A stretch of 64,000 nt of DNA from Nitrosopumilus sp. (GCA_965238275.1 OZ250186.1:928001-992000), one strand, 5' to 3'. Shown: positions 27,087 to 38,467, counted from the stretch's first letter. Made by a program: numbers and translations. The notes: a model not told the origin generated them from the letters alone.

Positions 27087-30053
27087 TTGTTAAGAAATTC
27101 GGATGGATTCCGGGGCGTGTTTCTGACCATTCCTGGAATGTTGCCCCGAATCGGCCCTGTCCGGTTGGTTGGTTGGAACATGCAGTATGCAATTCTTAAA
27201 TTGATGTGCCGTGTCATACTACCATTGAGAATACACTTGTTCATGATTCTTGGAATGCTTGCAGCATGCATGATGGCATTTGATGCGCACGCACAGGAAT
27301 CCGATGCGGGGCTGCTGTCCGGGGAGGTTCGGATCGGCTCCCTCATGCCGATTACAGGCGAGCTTGAGGCACTCGGACTGGAGTTTCAGGCAGCAGAAGT
27401 CCTTGCAGTACGCGACTTTAACCAGTATCTGACTGACAAGAATGCAGACTGGTCACTCAAACTGATCCATGAGGACACGCAGTCGCTTCCCGCAGTTACC
27501 CTGGAGAAACTGGAGCTGCTGCACGCCCAGGGAATAACATCTGTCCTGGGGCCGCTGGACAGTGCCAGCCTGCAGCATTCACGCGGATACATCGACTCCA
27601 ACCAGATACTGGCCGTCAGCTGCTGCTCCACGTCTCCTCTCCTTGCAATTCCCAACGACACCATCTTTAGGATGTCTGCAGACGACTCCGGCGGGAGCGT
27701 CGTGATGGCCAATCTTCTTGGCTACGCCGGAATCGATGTCATGATCCCAGTATGGAGGACTGACACGTGGGGAATAGCATACGAGGACAGCATGCGGCAG
27801 CTGTTTGTAGCAGGAGGCGGTATTGTTGATGAAGGAATAATGTATGATCCCGGCGGGACTGATTTTTCGGATTCCACATCACTCCTGACACAAAGGGTGC
27901 AGACGTATGTGGACGAGTACGGATCACACAATGTGGCCATATTCTACATGGGATTCGGTGAAATTGTTCCGTTTATTCAGCATGCATCAGAGCATGACAT
28001 CCTTGATGATATCCGGTGGTTTGCAGCTGATCCCAATGTCCAAAACCCCGAACTCGTCTCGGACGCCGGAATACTCCGGTTTGTGACTGATACCGATTTT
28101 ACAACACTTCAGGCCACGTCAGGCAAAAACGAGGTCAGCCGGCATGTGCATGACACGCTGCTTGCAGAACTTGGCATGGAACCAATCATATTTTCAAGTG
28201 CTGCATACGACTCGGTCTGGATTACAGGCCTTGCGATGGAGATGACACAGAGTACTGATGTCGCACTGCTGCGTGATGCAATTCCAGTGGTTGCACAAAA
28301 GCATGTGGGCGCACTGGGATCCATACGCCTCAATGATGCAGGAGATCTGGCACATGCAAACTACGACATCTGGACCATAACAGACGGCCAGTGGGCCATG
28401 TCCGGTTCCTATTACCCGTTAAATAGCGAGTTTGTGTTTTCTGATGCCACGGCCGGATCACCTGCAGATGACCGGATCACGATAGGGGGAATACTTCCAA
28501 TTACAGGCGATGCATCAATCAGCGGCGAACAGCTGGACGTGGCAGTGGAATACGCAGAGGCCCGATTCAACGAATACCTGCAGGAAAACGGCATTGACTG
28601 GACCCTGCATGTGGTGATATCTGACAGTACGACTGATCCTGGAACCGCGCTGGAGAGGCTTGCCACGTATCATCAAAACGGCATCGATATAGTGGTGGGG
28701 CCGTATTCCAGTGCGGAACTTGCAGCAATGAAGGATTATGCAGACTCTAACGGGATGATACTGGTAAGCCCGGGCTCTACTGCCCCGTCCCTTGCGATTC
28801 CAGGCGATAACATCTTCCGCCTTGTTCCAGACGATACGCAAAACGGGGACGTGCTTGCAAATCTCTTTGAGGCAGGAGGGATCACAAGCGTGGTTCCAAT
28901 ATGGAGGGGAGACACCTGGGGCGACGGGCTGGTACGGATTGCCGGGGAGTCCTTTGCCGAAATCGGGGGAAGCATGGATGACGGGGTGAGGTATTCTACG
29001 GACACGGCTGACTTTTCAGAAGACGTATCGGCACTTTCTGAAATTGTCCGGCGCCACACGGATGCCGGGGACGGAGGCAAGACTGCAGTCCTTGCCTTGG
29101 GTTTCCAGGAGATAGTGCCGCTGATCCAGGCAGCATTACTCCATGACAATCTTGATGACGTGGCCTGGTTTGTCCATTCCGGAACACTGCCTGCCAATGA
29201 ACTGCTTGGAAATCCCGATACTGCAGGTTTCATGCAGGCAGTCATGATGACCGGTTCGCAGTTTGAACCCGTGCCAAACCAAATACTTGATCAGGTAAAT
29301 GCCGTCGTGTCCGATGCGACCGGCCGTACCCCAATCGTGTACGTGGCAGGCGCATATGACGCAGTATGGATACTGGGACTTTCAATAATTGCATCCGGCT
29401 CTGCTGCTGCTGATACTGCCGCGATCCTTGAGGCAATGCCTGGCGTACTGGAAGGGTACGACGGGGCACTCGGGCAGGTATCTGTCAACGGGGCAGGCGA
29501 CCTTGAGAGAACCAACTACGGCATATACAGCATTCAGGATTCTGCATGGGAACGGTCGGGTGGATATGACGGTGCCACAGGCGAGATTACCTTCGTTGAC
29601 GACACACCGCCGGAGACCGGTCAGGATCCGGAGACCGGTCAGGATCCGGAGACCGGTCCGGGCGGTGGTGGATGCCTGATCGCAACTGCCGCATACGGCA
29701 GCGAGCTTGCACCACAGGTTCAGTTCCTGCGTGAAATCAGGGATGGCACGCTGCTCTCCACTGCATCCGGAACATCGTTCATGACAGGATTCAACCAGGT
29801 GTATTATTCCTTCTCGCCTGCAGTTGCAGATATTGAACGGGAGAACCCGGTATTCAGGGATACCGTACTGACATTAATCACGCCCGGTCTGTACGCCATG
29901 AACATCATGACGCTTGCAGACCCCGGTTCTGAGATGTCAGTCCTGGTATTTGGAATGCTTTCAATTGGGGCAGTAGCCGGAATCTATGTGGTGGGGCCGG
30001 CAGCGGCAATACGCACCGTTCAGAGAAGAATAAGGGTATCTGCCAGGGGATAG
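27087..30053 (+). CDS. Tandem branched-chain-amino-acid-type substrate-binding protein with CFI-box-CTERM anchor
   Basis: Two PBP1 repeats (IGSLMPITG / IGGILPITG...AYDxVWI), PETGQD linker repeats, GGGCLIATAAYGSELAPQVQFLREIRD; true start probably downstream (~27204-27243). Confidence 0.88.
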   Translation: MLRNSDGFRGVFLTIPGMLPRIGPVRLVGWNMQYAILKLMCRVILPLRIHLFMILGMLAACMMAFDAHAQESDAGLLSGEVRIGSLMPITGELEALGLEFQAAEVLAVRDFNQYLTDKNADWSLKLIHEDTQSLPAVTLEKLELLHAQGITSVLGPLDSASLQHSRGYIDSNQILAVSCCSTSPLLAIPNDTIFRMSADDSGGSVVMANLLGYAGIDVMIPVWRTDTWGIAYEDSMRQLFVAGGGIVDEGIMYDPGGTDFSDSTSLLTQRVQTYVDEYGSHNVAIFYMGFGEIVPFIQHASEHDILDDIRWFAADPNVQNPELVSDAGILRFVTDTDFTTLQATSGKNEVSRHVHDTLLAELGMEPIIFSSAAYDSVWITGLAMEMTQSTDVALLRDAIPVVAQKHVGALGSIRLNDAGDLAHANYDIWTITDGQWAMSGSYYPLNSEFVFSDATAGSPADDRITIGGILPITGDASISGEQLDVAVEYAEARFNEYLQENGIDWTLHVVISDSTTDPGTALERLATYHQNGIDIVVGPYSSAELAAMKDYADSNGMILVSPGSTAPSLAIPGDNIFRLVPDDTQNGDVLANLFEAGGITSVVPIWRGDTWGDGLVRIAGESFAEIGGSMDDGVRYSTDTADFSEDVSALSEIVRRHTDAGDGGKTAVLALGFQEIVPLIQAALLHDNLDDVAWFVHSGTLPANELLGNPDTAGFMQAVMMTGSQFEPVPNQILDQVNAVVSDATGRTPIVYVAGAYDAVWILGLSIIASGSAAADTAAILEAMPGVLEGYDGALGQVSVNGAGDLERTNYGIYSIQDSAWERSGGYDGATGEITFVDDTPPETGQDPETGQDPETGPGGGGCLIATAAYGSELAPQVQFLREIRDGTLLSTASGTSFMTGFNQVYYSFSPAVADIERENPVFRDTVLTLITPGLYAMNIMTLADPGSEMSVLVFGMLSIGAVAGIYVVGPAAAIRTVQRRIRVSARG

Positions 30054-30143
30054 TTTCAGGCATTGCCCTGTACGAGATGCCGGGACACATTCACTTGGTT
30101 TGCCTGCCGGTGATCTGTATGGCCACCTTAAATTCCACAACTT

Positions 30144-30281
30144 TCAATCACGGTGCAGTTCTTCAAGCAACTCCTTGAGAGTTCCAGTCTTGTGTTCTTT
30201 TGGATTGCTGTAGAAATTCTTAACGTCCTTTATCTCCTCGGATGACAGTGGGATGGAATCTACCTGTACCTTGTCTGACAT
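30144..30281 (-). CDS. 45-aa putative antitoxin-like small protein
   Basis: MSDKVQVDSIPLSSEEIKDVKNFYSNPKEHKTGTLKELLEELHRD; not in the ORF track. Confidence 0.4.
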   Translation of the reverse strand: MSDKVQVDSIPLSSEEIKDVKNFYSNPKEHKTGTLKELLEELHRD

Positions 30282-30556
30282 CTGTTTTTATTCGCACTGT
30301 CCATAAAAAAACACTTTGGAAGGACAGTACGTCCTCAGATCCGTGCCTGAAAACTGATCAGAATATCCATCAATTTAGGCTGTCATTGTTTGGATCATGG
30401 GAATGCCGTCATGTGATGCGGGAATCGCCCATCAGGGATCCGGACTGGAGGATATTCGGACAGCCTTTGCGTGAGGAGCGGATACCTGTGGCTGCTACGG
30501 CCCAGACTGCCTAGAACTGTGTATTTGGTACAAATGGATGATTTGGGGATCTGAGG

Positions 30557-32872
30557 ATGTATACCCTCCCGAATGCAACTATTAAATTCAGGATGCGTAC
30601 TGCCGATCCTGTGGAGATTGACACTACGCCGGAGCTTGTCTCTGGCGTTTATCAAAGATTGAAAGAAAACGTTGCTCGGTATCGCGATGTGGTCAAAAGG
30701 CCGCTCACGCTTGCAGAGAAGATACTGGCGGGTCACCTTGACGTGATGGGTAAGGATACCCCCGTGGGAGGACGAGACTATGTCCTTCTCAGGCCGGATC
30801 GCGTCGCACTGCAGGACGTGACAGGCCAGATGGTCATGCTTCAGTTCATGCAGGCAGGACTGGACACGGCGGCCCTGCCGACCACTGTGCACTGTGATCA
30901 TCTAATCCGGGCAGAGGTTCGGGGGGATGTGGACATGAAGGTATCACTTGACGAGAACAGCGAGGTCTTTGGATTTTTACAGTCGGCTGCTGCAAGATAC
31001 GGATGCGGATTCTGGAGGCCGGGGGCAGGAATCATACACCAGGTGGTTTTGGAAAATTATGCATTTCCTGGAGGACTGATGATTGGAACCGACTCGCACA
31101 CACCCAATGCCGGGGGCCTTGGCATGGTTGCAATCGGAGTCGGCGGCCTTGATGCAGCCGAGACCATGGCTGGCATGCCATGGGAGCTGCTGTACCCAAA
31201 AATAATCGGAGTCAGACTGACTGGCAGGCTCAACGGCTGGACCTCACCCAAGGACGTAATCCTAAAGGTCGCAGAAGAGCTTACAGTATCCGGAGGCACC
31301 AATGCGATAGTGGAGTATTTTGGCCCCGGAACAGAATCCATCAGCTGCACAGGCAAGGCCACCATTACAAACATGGGAGCCGAGATAGGCGCGACCTGCT
31401 CCGTGTTCCCATACGATGACAGGATGAGGACGTATCTGAACCATACCGGCAGGGCCGGAATATCAAAACTTGCAGACTCGTACAGGGATCTGCTTGTGGC
31501 AGATCCCGAGGTGGAGCAGACACCTGAAAAATTCTTTGATCGCATAATTGAGATTAACCTGTCGACTCTGGAGCCGCACATAGTAGGGCCGCACACGCCT
31601 GATCTGGCACGTCCAATCTCGGATCTGGCACGCGACGTCCGGTCCGAGGATTACGTGGATTCGATATCAGTTGCCCTGATTGGAAGCTGCACCAACTCAT
31701 CCTACGAGGACATGTCAAGGGCCGCAAGCCTGGCAGAACAGGCAAGGGCCATGGGAGTCAGATCCAAGATCCCGCTGCTAGTCACGCCAGGCTCCGAACA
31801 GATTCGGGGCACAATAGAGCGGGACGGGCAGATGGAGTCCCTCAAGGGGATTGGCGCCACGGTTCTTGCAAACGCATGCGGCCCGTGCATAGGCCAGTGG
31901 AACCGGCCGGAGATTGTAGAGGATCAGAGAAACACCATAGTCACGACATTTAACCGGAACTTTCCTGGCAGAAACGACGGACGCAGGAGCACGCTGAACT
32001 TTATCGGGAGCCCTGAGATGATAATTGCACTGTCCCTGGGAGGTAGGCTCTCGTTCAACCCGATGACAGATTCCCTTGTGGCCTCTGACGGCACGCGGTT
32101 CCGACTGGAGCCGCCGGCACCGGCACCGGAGGTTCCTGACGGCGGATTCATGAGGCCCGAGGGCGTGTATGTTGCCCCGCCGGAGAACCACGAGGGGATG
32201 GAGGTGATGATTGATCCTGGCAGCGGACGACTCCAGCGCCTGGAGCCGTTTCCTGCATGGGACGGAAGAGACTTTGAGGATCTCCCAGTAATGGTAAAGG
32301 CTCGCGGCAAGTGCACCACTGATCACATATCCCCTGCAGGCGCGTGGCTCTCGCTCCGGGGGCATCTTGACAACCTCAGCGACAACATGCTGCTTGGGGC
32401 AGTCAATGCCTTCAACGGCAAGGTGGGCGTGGGCAAAAATATACTGAACGGCCAGGCAGAGCCGTTTGCAGGCATTGCAAGGCAGTACAAGGCAGGACAG
32501 ATCAGGTGGGTCATAATCGGTGATGGCAACTACGGCGAGGGAAGCAGCAGGGAGCATGCTGCAATGACTCCCAGACACCTGGGATGTGCTGCGGTAATAA
32601 CAAAGAGCATGGCCAGAATACACGAGACCAACCTCAAAAAACAGGGAATACTGGCACTGACGTTTGCGAATCCGGACGACTATGAGAGGATTCTTCAGGA
32701 CGACAGGATCACCCTGCCCGGACTTGACGGGCTGGCACCCGGCAGGCAGGTCCGGTGCGTGATTGTGCATGCAGACGACACCCGAGAGGAGATTCTGCTG
32801 AACCACTCATACAATGAGACCCAGCTGGGGTGGTTCCGGGCAGGCTCCGCCCTGAACGTCCTTCGCGGTTAG
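30557..32872 (+). CDS. acnA: Aconitate hydratase
   Basis: QDVTGQM, HCDH, GTDSHT, IGSCTNSS, ANACGPCIGQW, YGEGSSREHAA; start may be 30593. Confidence 0.95.
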   Translation: MYTLPNATIKFRMRTADPVEIDTTPELVSGVYQRLKENVARYRDVVKRPLTLAEKILAGHLDVMGKDTPVGGRDYVLLRPDRVALQDVTGQMVMLQFMQAGLDTAALPTTVHCDHLIRAEVRGDVDMKVSLDENSEVFGFLQSAAARYGCGFWRPGAGIIHQVVLENYAFPGGLMIGTDSHTPNAGGLGMVAIGVGGLDAAETMAGMPWELLYPKIIGVRLTGRLNGWTSPKDVILKVAEELTVSGGTNAIVEYFGPGTESISCTGKATITNMGAEIGATCSVFPYDDRMRTYLNHTGRAGISKLADSYRDLLVADPEVEQTPEKFFDRIIEINLSTLEPHIVGPHTPDLARPISDLARDVRSEDYVDSISVALIGSCTNSSYEDMSRAASLAEQARAMGVRSKIPLLVTPGSEQIRGTIERDGQMESLKGIGATVLANACGPCIGQWNRPEIVEDQRNTIVTTFNRNFPGRNDGRRSTLNFIGSPEMIIALSLGGRLSFNPMTDSLVASDGTRFRLEPPAPAPEVPDGGFMRPEGVYVAPPENHEGMEVMIDPGSGRLQRLEPFPAWDGRDFEDLPVMVKARGKCTTDHISPAGAWLSLRGHLDNLSDNMLLGAVNAFNGKVGVGKNILNGQAEPFAGIARQYKAGQIRWVIIGDGNYGEGSSREHAAMTPRHLGCAAVITKSMARIHETNLKKQGILALTFANPDDYERILQDDRITLPGLDGLAPGRQVRCVIVHADDTREEILLNHSYNETQLGWFRAGSALNVLRG

Positions 32873-32881
32873 GGTTTGACG

Positions 32882-33034
32882 TGGGGCCGACCGGAATCGA
32901 ACCGGCGACCTACGGGTCACTACAGCTCCAAACTTACATCATCCCTGAGTCAGTGCAGCTTAGCTTACCTCTGGAGCCCTTAGCGGTGATCTTATCGTAG
33001 ACACTGTCGCCCTACCAGGCTAGGCTACGACCCC
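32882..33034 (-). tRNA. tRNA-Trp(CCA) with two introns (32980-33005 in anticodon stem; 32918-32970 at 37/38)
   Basis: Removing 26 and 53 nt gives anticodon arm ACGGG-CTCCAGA-CCCGT and a canonical cloverleaf. Confidence 0.85.
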
Positions 33035-33920
33035 ACGACATATGGTGAAATGGACTTGGATTTTAACCTATTTTTGGGAGGGATTTTGCATCATCCAAAA
33101 GACGTATCGGCGCTTCCCAGGAATCTCCAAGGTCCCGGCTTTGTCGTGTCAGGCGATACATGCATCCCATTGGGATGCAGACTCAGAAGGCAGGCAGGTG
33201 CAGGCAGGTGCAGGTACCTACATCATTCAGGCGTACCTGCTGCCGTACGGCACAACTGGCAGGTTCCAAACCATGCGCATATGCGGCGTGCACGCCTGAC
33301 GGGCGCAGCACCGGCGGCGTGACACAATGACAGCAAATACCGCACCCCTCTTTTTGCCACTGCGTGTGCTGGAACCCGATATCTGATTCCTGCCGTACCG
33401 CCCTTGCCTGCAATCCTTGTGCAAGATTTGTGAAAATGATGCATCTACCGGGAATTCAGAATAAGATTCATCACCAAACCTATCATAAAGCCCCTGAATA
33501 TTATTTATCATATATGGTCTGTGAACATCTATATTATTTTTTAATTCTAAAACACTCTTGAATTACTTTGAAACTGATAATTCCGTACCAATTAATTTTT
33601 TTTTGATAAATTAGAAATGAGCACTAATCACAATAAACCATGAGACAAATCAATCCGACAGTATGAAATAAAAAAATAAAATGCCGGATAATACCAAATG
33701 CAGGCATGAATCGTGGTATTTTACTGCGTTGCAGGCATGTAAATATCTGAAAAAAGATACAAAATGGAAATTCTCCCAACTCGCATATTCGCCAACAAAC
33801 AGGACACCTGTGCTTATAGCCATCTTCTGGCCGGACGCCGACTGCAGGCATCTGGTTTGAAACCGCGTGTTTTTGGCTAAGACTTATTTGCAATAACTTC
33901 CAATTCGATACTGTACACAC

Positions 33921-34454
33921 ATGGTCAAGAATATCTATCTGGCACTTGGAGCCATTCCGGTAATTGTGGCGCTGCTCCTCTCGGTCCCGCTTTTAATACG
34001 CAACGAGATTCCAATCTCTGCGGCAAACTCCTTTGATAGAATCGAGATAGAGTACACCAAGCACCAGTTAAAAAAGATCTCATACGGCGTTACCGAGAGG
34101 GTCGGGGCGCAAAAGACTGAGATTCTTCTGATCAAGGACGACGGCGCCACAAAATACTCGGTAAACGAGGCGGGGTACCTCCGGCCGGACATCCGGTCCA
34201 CGCTTGACGATGCCGATCTTGACAGGATCAAGGCCCTGATAAAGGAGACCGGATTCATGTCCATCCCGTCCGAATCCTTTGAGGTGCCAGAGAATGTAAC
34301 CGAATACCAAAAATCCAACGTAAAGGTCACGCTTAACGGCAGGGTCAACCAGATCTTCTGGCCGGAACAGGAAGTCACGCCGGACTTTATACCCCCGCTC
34401 ATCACCATGGTCGAGGCCGAGCTTGATCAGATAATATCTGACATTCGTGAATAG
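33921..34454 (+). CDS. Membrane-anchored hypothetical protein
   Basis: N-terminal TM helix, 177 aa, upstream of pdxS. Confidence 0.75.
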   Translation: MVKNIYLALGAIPVIVALLLSVPLLIRNEIPISAANSFDRIEIEYTKHQLKKISYGVTERVGAQKTEILLIKDDGATKYSVNEAGYLRPDIRSTLDDADLDRIKALIKETGFMSIPSESFEVPENVTEYQKSNVKVTLNGRVNQIFWPEQEVTPDFIPPLITMVEAELDQIISDIRE

Positions 34455-34466
34455 GTACAAATAGCC

Positions 34467-35453
34467 TTGAATGAAAATCATGGCATGATTTCACTGTCCG
34501 GTCAGCGCAATGACGCCCGGGGAATCGTCTCTGAAAAGAGGGACACCTATGACGTTACACGCGGCTCGTCTGTACTCAAGCGCGGCTTTGCCCACATGCT
34601 AAAGAACGGGGTGGTAATGGATGTCACCTCGGTCCAGCAGGCGCAGATAGCAGAGGATGCAGGGGCGGTATCTGTCATGGTACTTGACAAGCTTCCGTCC
34701 GATGTCAGAAAGGCAGGCGGCGTTGCAAGGACTGCAAGCGTAAAGGTAATCCAGGACATTATGAACTCTGTCACCATTCCGGTAATGGCCAAGTGCAGGA
34801 TAGGGCATGTCAGCGAGGCACAGGTGCTGCAGGCATGCGATGTTGACATGATAGACGAATCCGAGGTCCTGACTCCCGCAGACGAGATGCACCACATCTG
34901 GAAGTGGGACTTTACAACCCCCTTTGTAAACGGCGCACGATCCCTTGGGGAGGCGCTGCGCCGTATCGAGGAGGGGGCGGCAATGATAAGGACAAAGGGC
35001 GAGCCCGGAACGGGAAACGTCGCAGAGGCCATCACGCACATCAAGAAGGTAAACGACGAGCTCCGCCTGATATCATCCGTATACGATTCCGGCGACGATC
35101 AGGAACTGGTCCGGATGGCAAGGGAGTTTCGCGTATCATACGACATCGTAGAGCATACCGCAATGCTTCAGAGGCTGCCGGTGGTAAACTTTGCAGCAGG
35201 AGGAATCGCAACCCCTGCCGATGCTGCATACCTGATGTCGCTTGGATGCGACGGAATCTTTGTAGGCTCGGGAATCTTCAACTCTTCGGATGCCTCGCAG
35301 AGGGCCAAGGCGATAGTACTGGCTGCCACCTTCTGGGATGATCCGGATCGTGTCATGGAGGCCCAGCAGATGATTGACGAAAGGGAGTCCATGCTGGGAC
35401 TGGATGTAAACACGCTGGACCTGCGGATGCAGGAACGGGGGGGCATGGCATGA
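34467..35453 (+). CDS. pdxS: Pyridoxal 5'-phosphate synthase lyase subunit
   Basis: [39 protein letters not shown]. Confidence 0.97.
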   Translation: MNENHGMISLSGQRNDARGIVSEKRDTYDVTRGSSVLKRGFAHMLKNGVVMDVTSVQQAQIAEDAGAVSVMVLDKLPSDVRKAGGVARTASVKVIQDIMNSVTIPVMAKCRIGHVSEAQVLQACDVDMIDESEVLTPADEMHHIWKWDFTTPFVNGARSLGEALRRIEEGAAMIRTKGEPGTGNVAEAITHIKKVNDELRLISSVYDSGDDQELVRMAREFRVSYDIVEHTAMLQRLPVVNFAAGGIATPADAAYLMSLGCDGIFVGSGIFNSSDASQRAKAIVLAATFWDDPDRVMEAQQMIDERESMLGLDVNTLDLRMQERGGMA

Positions 35454-36076
35454 GCAGCAGTATCAATATCGGCGTTCTCTCAATCCAGGGGGACGTGGAG
35501 GAGAACATGCTGGCTGCAATGACTGCAATAGACGAGCTAGACGTTGACGGGACCGTATCTGATGTCAACACGCCTGAGGACGTACCTGATCTGGATGCCC
35601 TGATAATTCCCGGAGGGGAGAGCACCACCATGGGGCGCCTCTCTGCTGACAACGGCCTGCTTGATGCCATACGGGACAGAATCTCGGAGGGAATGCCCGT
35701 TCTTGGGATATGCGCAGGCATGATAATGCTGTCTGCCAGCGCAGGAGACCGCGTAATGGGGAAGACGCAGCAGCCGCTCCTTGGAACACTTGACATTGCA
35801 GTGGAGAGAAACGCATTTGGAAGGCAGTCCCAGTCCTTTGAGGCAGAAGTCTCGATGGACTCCATTGGAATTCCGACGTTTCTTGGCGTATTCATCCGGG
35901 CGCCGGCAGTGACTGATGCAGGCTCTGCAGAAGTACTGGCCAGGCTCGACGGCAGGGCAGTCGCACTCAAAAAGGACAACATCATAGGGACATCGTTCCA
36001 TCCGGAACTGACCGGTGACGTATCCCTGCACAAGTACCTTGTCAATCTTGCAGTCATATCTGCCAAGGACAAGTGA
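35450..36076 (+). CDS. pdxT: PLP synthase glutaminase subunit
   Basis: [25 protein letters not shown]. Confidence 0.96.
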   Translation: MSSSINIGVLSIQGDVEENMLAAMTAIDELDVDGTVSDVNTPEDVPDLDALIIPGGESTTMGRLSADNGLLDAIRDRISEGMPVLGICAGMIMLSASAGDRVMGKTQQPLLGTLDIAVERNAFGRQSQSFEAEVSMDSIGIPTFLGVFIRAPAVTDAGSAEVLARLDGRAVALKKDNIIGTSFHPELTGDVSLHKYLVNLAVISAKDK

Positions 36077-36136
36077 CTGCCTGGGCCTGCCTGTGGGCTG
36101 CTGCTGCTGCCGCTGCTGCATGTAGCTAGCGATTCT

Positions 36137-38464
36137 CTATTCTATACTGTGCATTGCCTTGAGATCCGCCTGGAACGGCCCGAGGGATTCTGGAATCTCC
36201 ATCGTTATGGGATCCTTAAAGGACAGCCCGTCTGACTTTTTTTTGTTCCATACTGCAGAGTTGAATCTGGTAATCTCCTTGGTGGTGTGGCTCACGTCTT
36301 CGGCCTCCTCCTCCTCCTCCTCCGGCTCTGCCTGCCTCTGTTTGTGGATGCTCTGGTCTGAGTACAGCACCCTCCAAAGGTGTTCTGTGATGAACGGCAC
36401 TATGGGTGCCAGCAGCCTGAGTATGGTGGAGAGCACCTTGTGAAGCGTGTACAGCGCACCGTTCCTCTCCTCCTCTGAGAAGCCGATTCCGTATGCCCGC
36501 GCCTTGACCATCTCTACATAGTGGGCTGCAAACAGGTTCCACGTAAACTCCCTGAGCGCGATTGCAGGCACAAAAAAGTTGTACGTGGCGTATCCCTTTT
36601 TGCACTCTGATACCAGCCGGTCAAGCTCTGCGAGGATCCACCTGTCTGATGCAGAAGGCGTCCCCTCGGTTACTACCGGAAAGCTTGAGAGGAACCTTGA
36701 GACGTTCCAGAGTTTGCTGAGGAATTTTTTAGTCGACTCTATCCTCTGCTCGTTGCACCTAAAGTCGTACCCGTGGTTCACCTCGCTTGCGCTCCAGAAC
36801 CTGAAGGTGTCTGCGCCGAGCCTCTCTATTACCGGCAGCGGGTCTATGGCGTTTCCCTTGCTCTTGCTCATCTTCATTCCCTTCTCGTCAAGGCCGTACC
36901 CCATTATCCAGGCCTCAGACCACGGCTTCTCCCCGGTAATCTGGTGGCACCGCAGGATGGTATAGTACAGCCATGTCCGGACGATATCCTTTGACTGCGG
37001 CCTTATTGATGCCGGATACGTCCTTTTGAAGAACTCCTCGTCCCTGCCAAACCTGCTGATGAACAGGGGGGACGCGCTGGAATCCATCCAGGTGTCAAAG
37101 GTTCTCTCCTCCCCTACAAACTCGGAGGCGCCGCACTTGGTGCAGCGCTTTACGGGGCACTTGTCATGCCACGGCCTGTAGTATTTTCCGGGTTCTGGAA
37201 CGTGGGGTTCTGAGCACTCCTTGCAGTACCATATGGGAACCTCCGTGCCGTAGTACCTTCTCCTTGATATGGGCCAATCTATGGATATGGATTCCAGCCA
37301 GTTCATCAGAATCTGCCTGTGCATTACGGGATGAAACAGGGTCTCCTTGCCAATCTGCCTGATCTTTTCCACCGAGTCCTTCTGCCTCAGATAGTACTCG
37401 TCCATGGGGATTATCTCGATGGGATTCCTGCTTCTCTCTGCCACCGGCGTCCTGTGTGTTATGTCCTCGATCCTCTCAACGAACCCCCCCGCCTCCAGAT
37501 CCTCGGTTATCCTTGCCCTTGCCTGCTTGGGCCTCAGTCCTGCATACCTGCCTGCAGCCTCCGTCATCCTGCCGTCCATGCCTATGGCCACGACCTCCTC
37601 CAGGCCCATCTCGCGGAACAGCGCAACATCGTTCCTGTCGCCATAACTGCACACCATCACTGCCCCGGAGCCAAAGTCCTGCTTGGCAGACATGTGCGTC
37701 CTCAACTCGACTTCCTGGCCGGCAATGGGAACGACAAGCCGGCACCCCGCGTGCTTTTTGTACCTTTCATCATCAGGATTCACTATTACGGTCCTGCACG
37801 CACAGAGCAGCTCAGGCCTCGTGCTTGCAATCACAATGTGGGAATTGGTCCCCTTGATTCCAAACTTCATGTGAACCAGTTTTGCAGGCAGGTCGTCGTA
37901 GGCTATCTCGGCGTATGCTATGGTGGTGCCTGAGACCCAGTCGTAGTCGTTGGGCCTGTTGGCCAGGTATACCCTGCCCTCCTTCCACAGCCTGATGAAC
38001 GTGGATTGCGTAAGCGTCCGAAACTCGACTGAATCCGTCCTGTAGTAGTCTGCAAAGTTTCCGCTAATGCCAAGGCTCTTCATGATTAGGATCATCTCTG
38101 CCTCCAGGTCGTCAAGGGACACCCTGCACAGGTCCAGAAACTTCTCCCTGTCAGTCTCCCTCATCCTGATGCCGTGCTTCTTTTCTGTGTACATCTCGAC
38201 TGGAAGCCCGTTCCTGTCTATCCCTATGGGAAAGTAGACGTTCTTCCCTGCCATCCTCGCAGTCCTCGCAATCATGTCTATCTGGGCATAATGGGCTGCC
38301 GCCCCTATGTGCCACGGCCTGCCTGACGGGTACGGGGGAGGGGTGTCTATGGTATAGTTTTCATCCTGCAGCACAAAGTCGTAGGTCTTCTCCTCTGCCC
38401 ACATGCTGAGGATGTCCCTTTCCAGCTCCGGATTCCATGCCTTCTCTTTTATCTTTGGTTCCAT
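36137..38464 (-). CDS. valS: Valine--tRNA ligase
   Basis: DTPPPYPSG-HIG, DWPISRRRYYG, KMSKSKGN. Confidence 0.95.
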   Translation of the reverse strand: MEPKIKEKAWNPELERDILSMWAEEKTYDFVLQDENYTIDTPPPYPSGRPWHIGAAAHYAQIDMIARTARMAGKNVYFPIGIDRNGLPVEMYTEKKHGIRMRETDREKFLDLCRVSLDDLEAEMILIMKSLGISGNFADYYRTDSVEFRTLTQSTFIRLWKEGRVYLANRPNDYDWVSGTTIAYAEIAYDDLPAKLVHMKFGIKGTNSHIVIASTRPELLCACRTVIVNPDDERYKKHAGCRLVVPIAGQEVELRTHMSAKQDFGSGAVMVCSYGDRNDVALFREMGLEEVVAIGMDGRMTEAAGRYAGLRPKQARARITEDLEAGGFVERIEDITHRTPVAERSRNPIEIIPMDEYYLRQKDSVEKIRQIGKETLFHPVMHRQILMNWLESISIDWPISRRRYYGTEVPIWYCKECSEPHVPEPGKYYRPWHDKCPVKRCTKCGASEFVGEERTFDTWMDSSASPLFISRFGRDEEFFKRTYPASIRPQSKDIVRTWLYYTILRCHQITGEKPWSEAWIMGYGLDEKGMKMSKSKGNAIDPLPVIERLGADTFRFWSASEVNHGYDFRCNEQRIESTKKFLSKLWNVSRFLSSFPVVTEGTPSASDRWILAELDRLVSECKKGYATYNFFVPAIALREFTWNLFAAHYVEMVKARAYGIGFSEEERNGALYTLHKVLSTILRLLAPIVPFITEHLWRVLYSDQSIHKQRQAEPEEEEEEAEDVSHTTKEITRFNSAVWNKKKSDGLSFKDPITMEIPESLGPFQADLKAMHSIE

Positions 38465-38467
38465 GCC

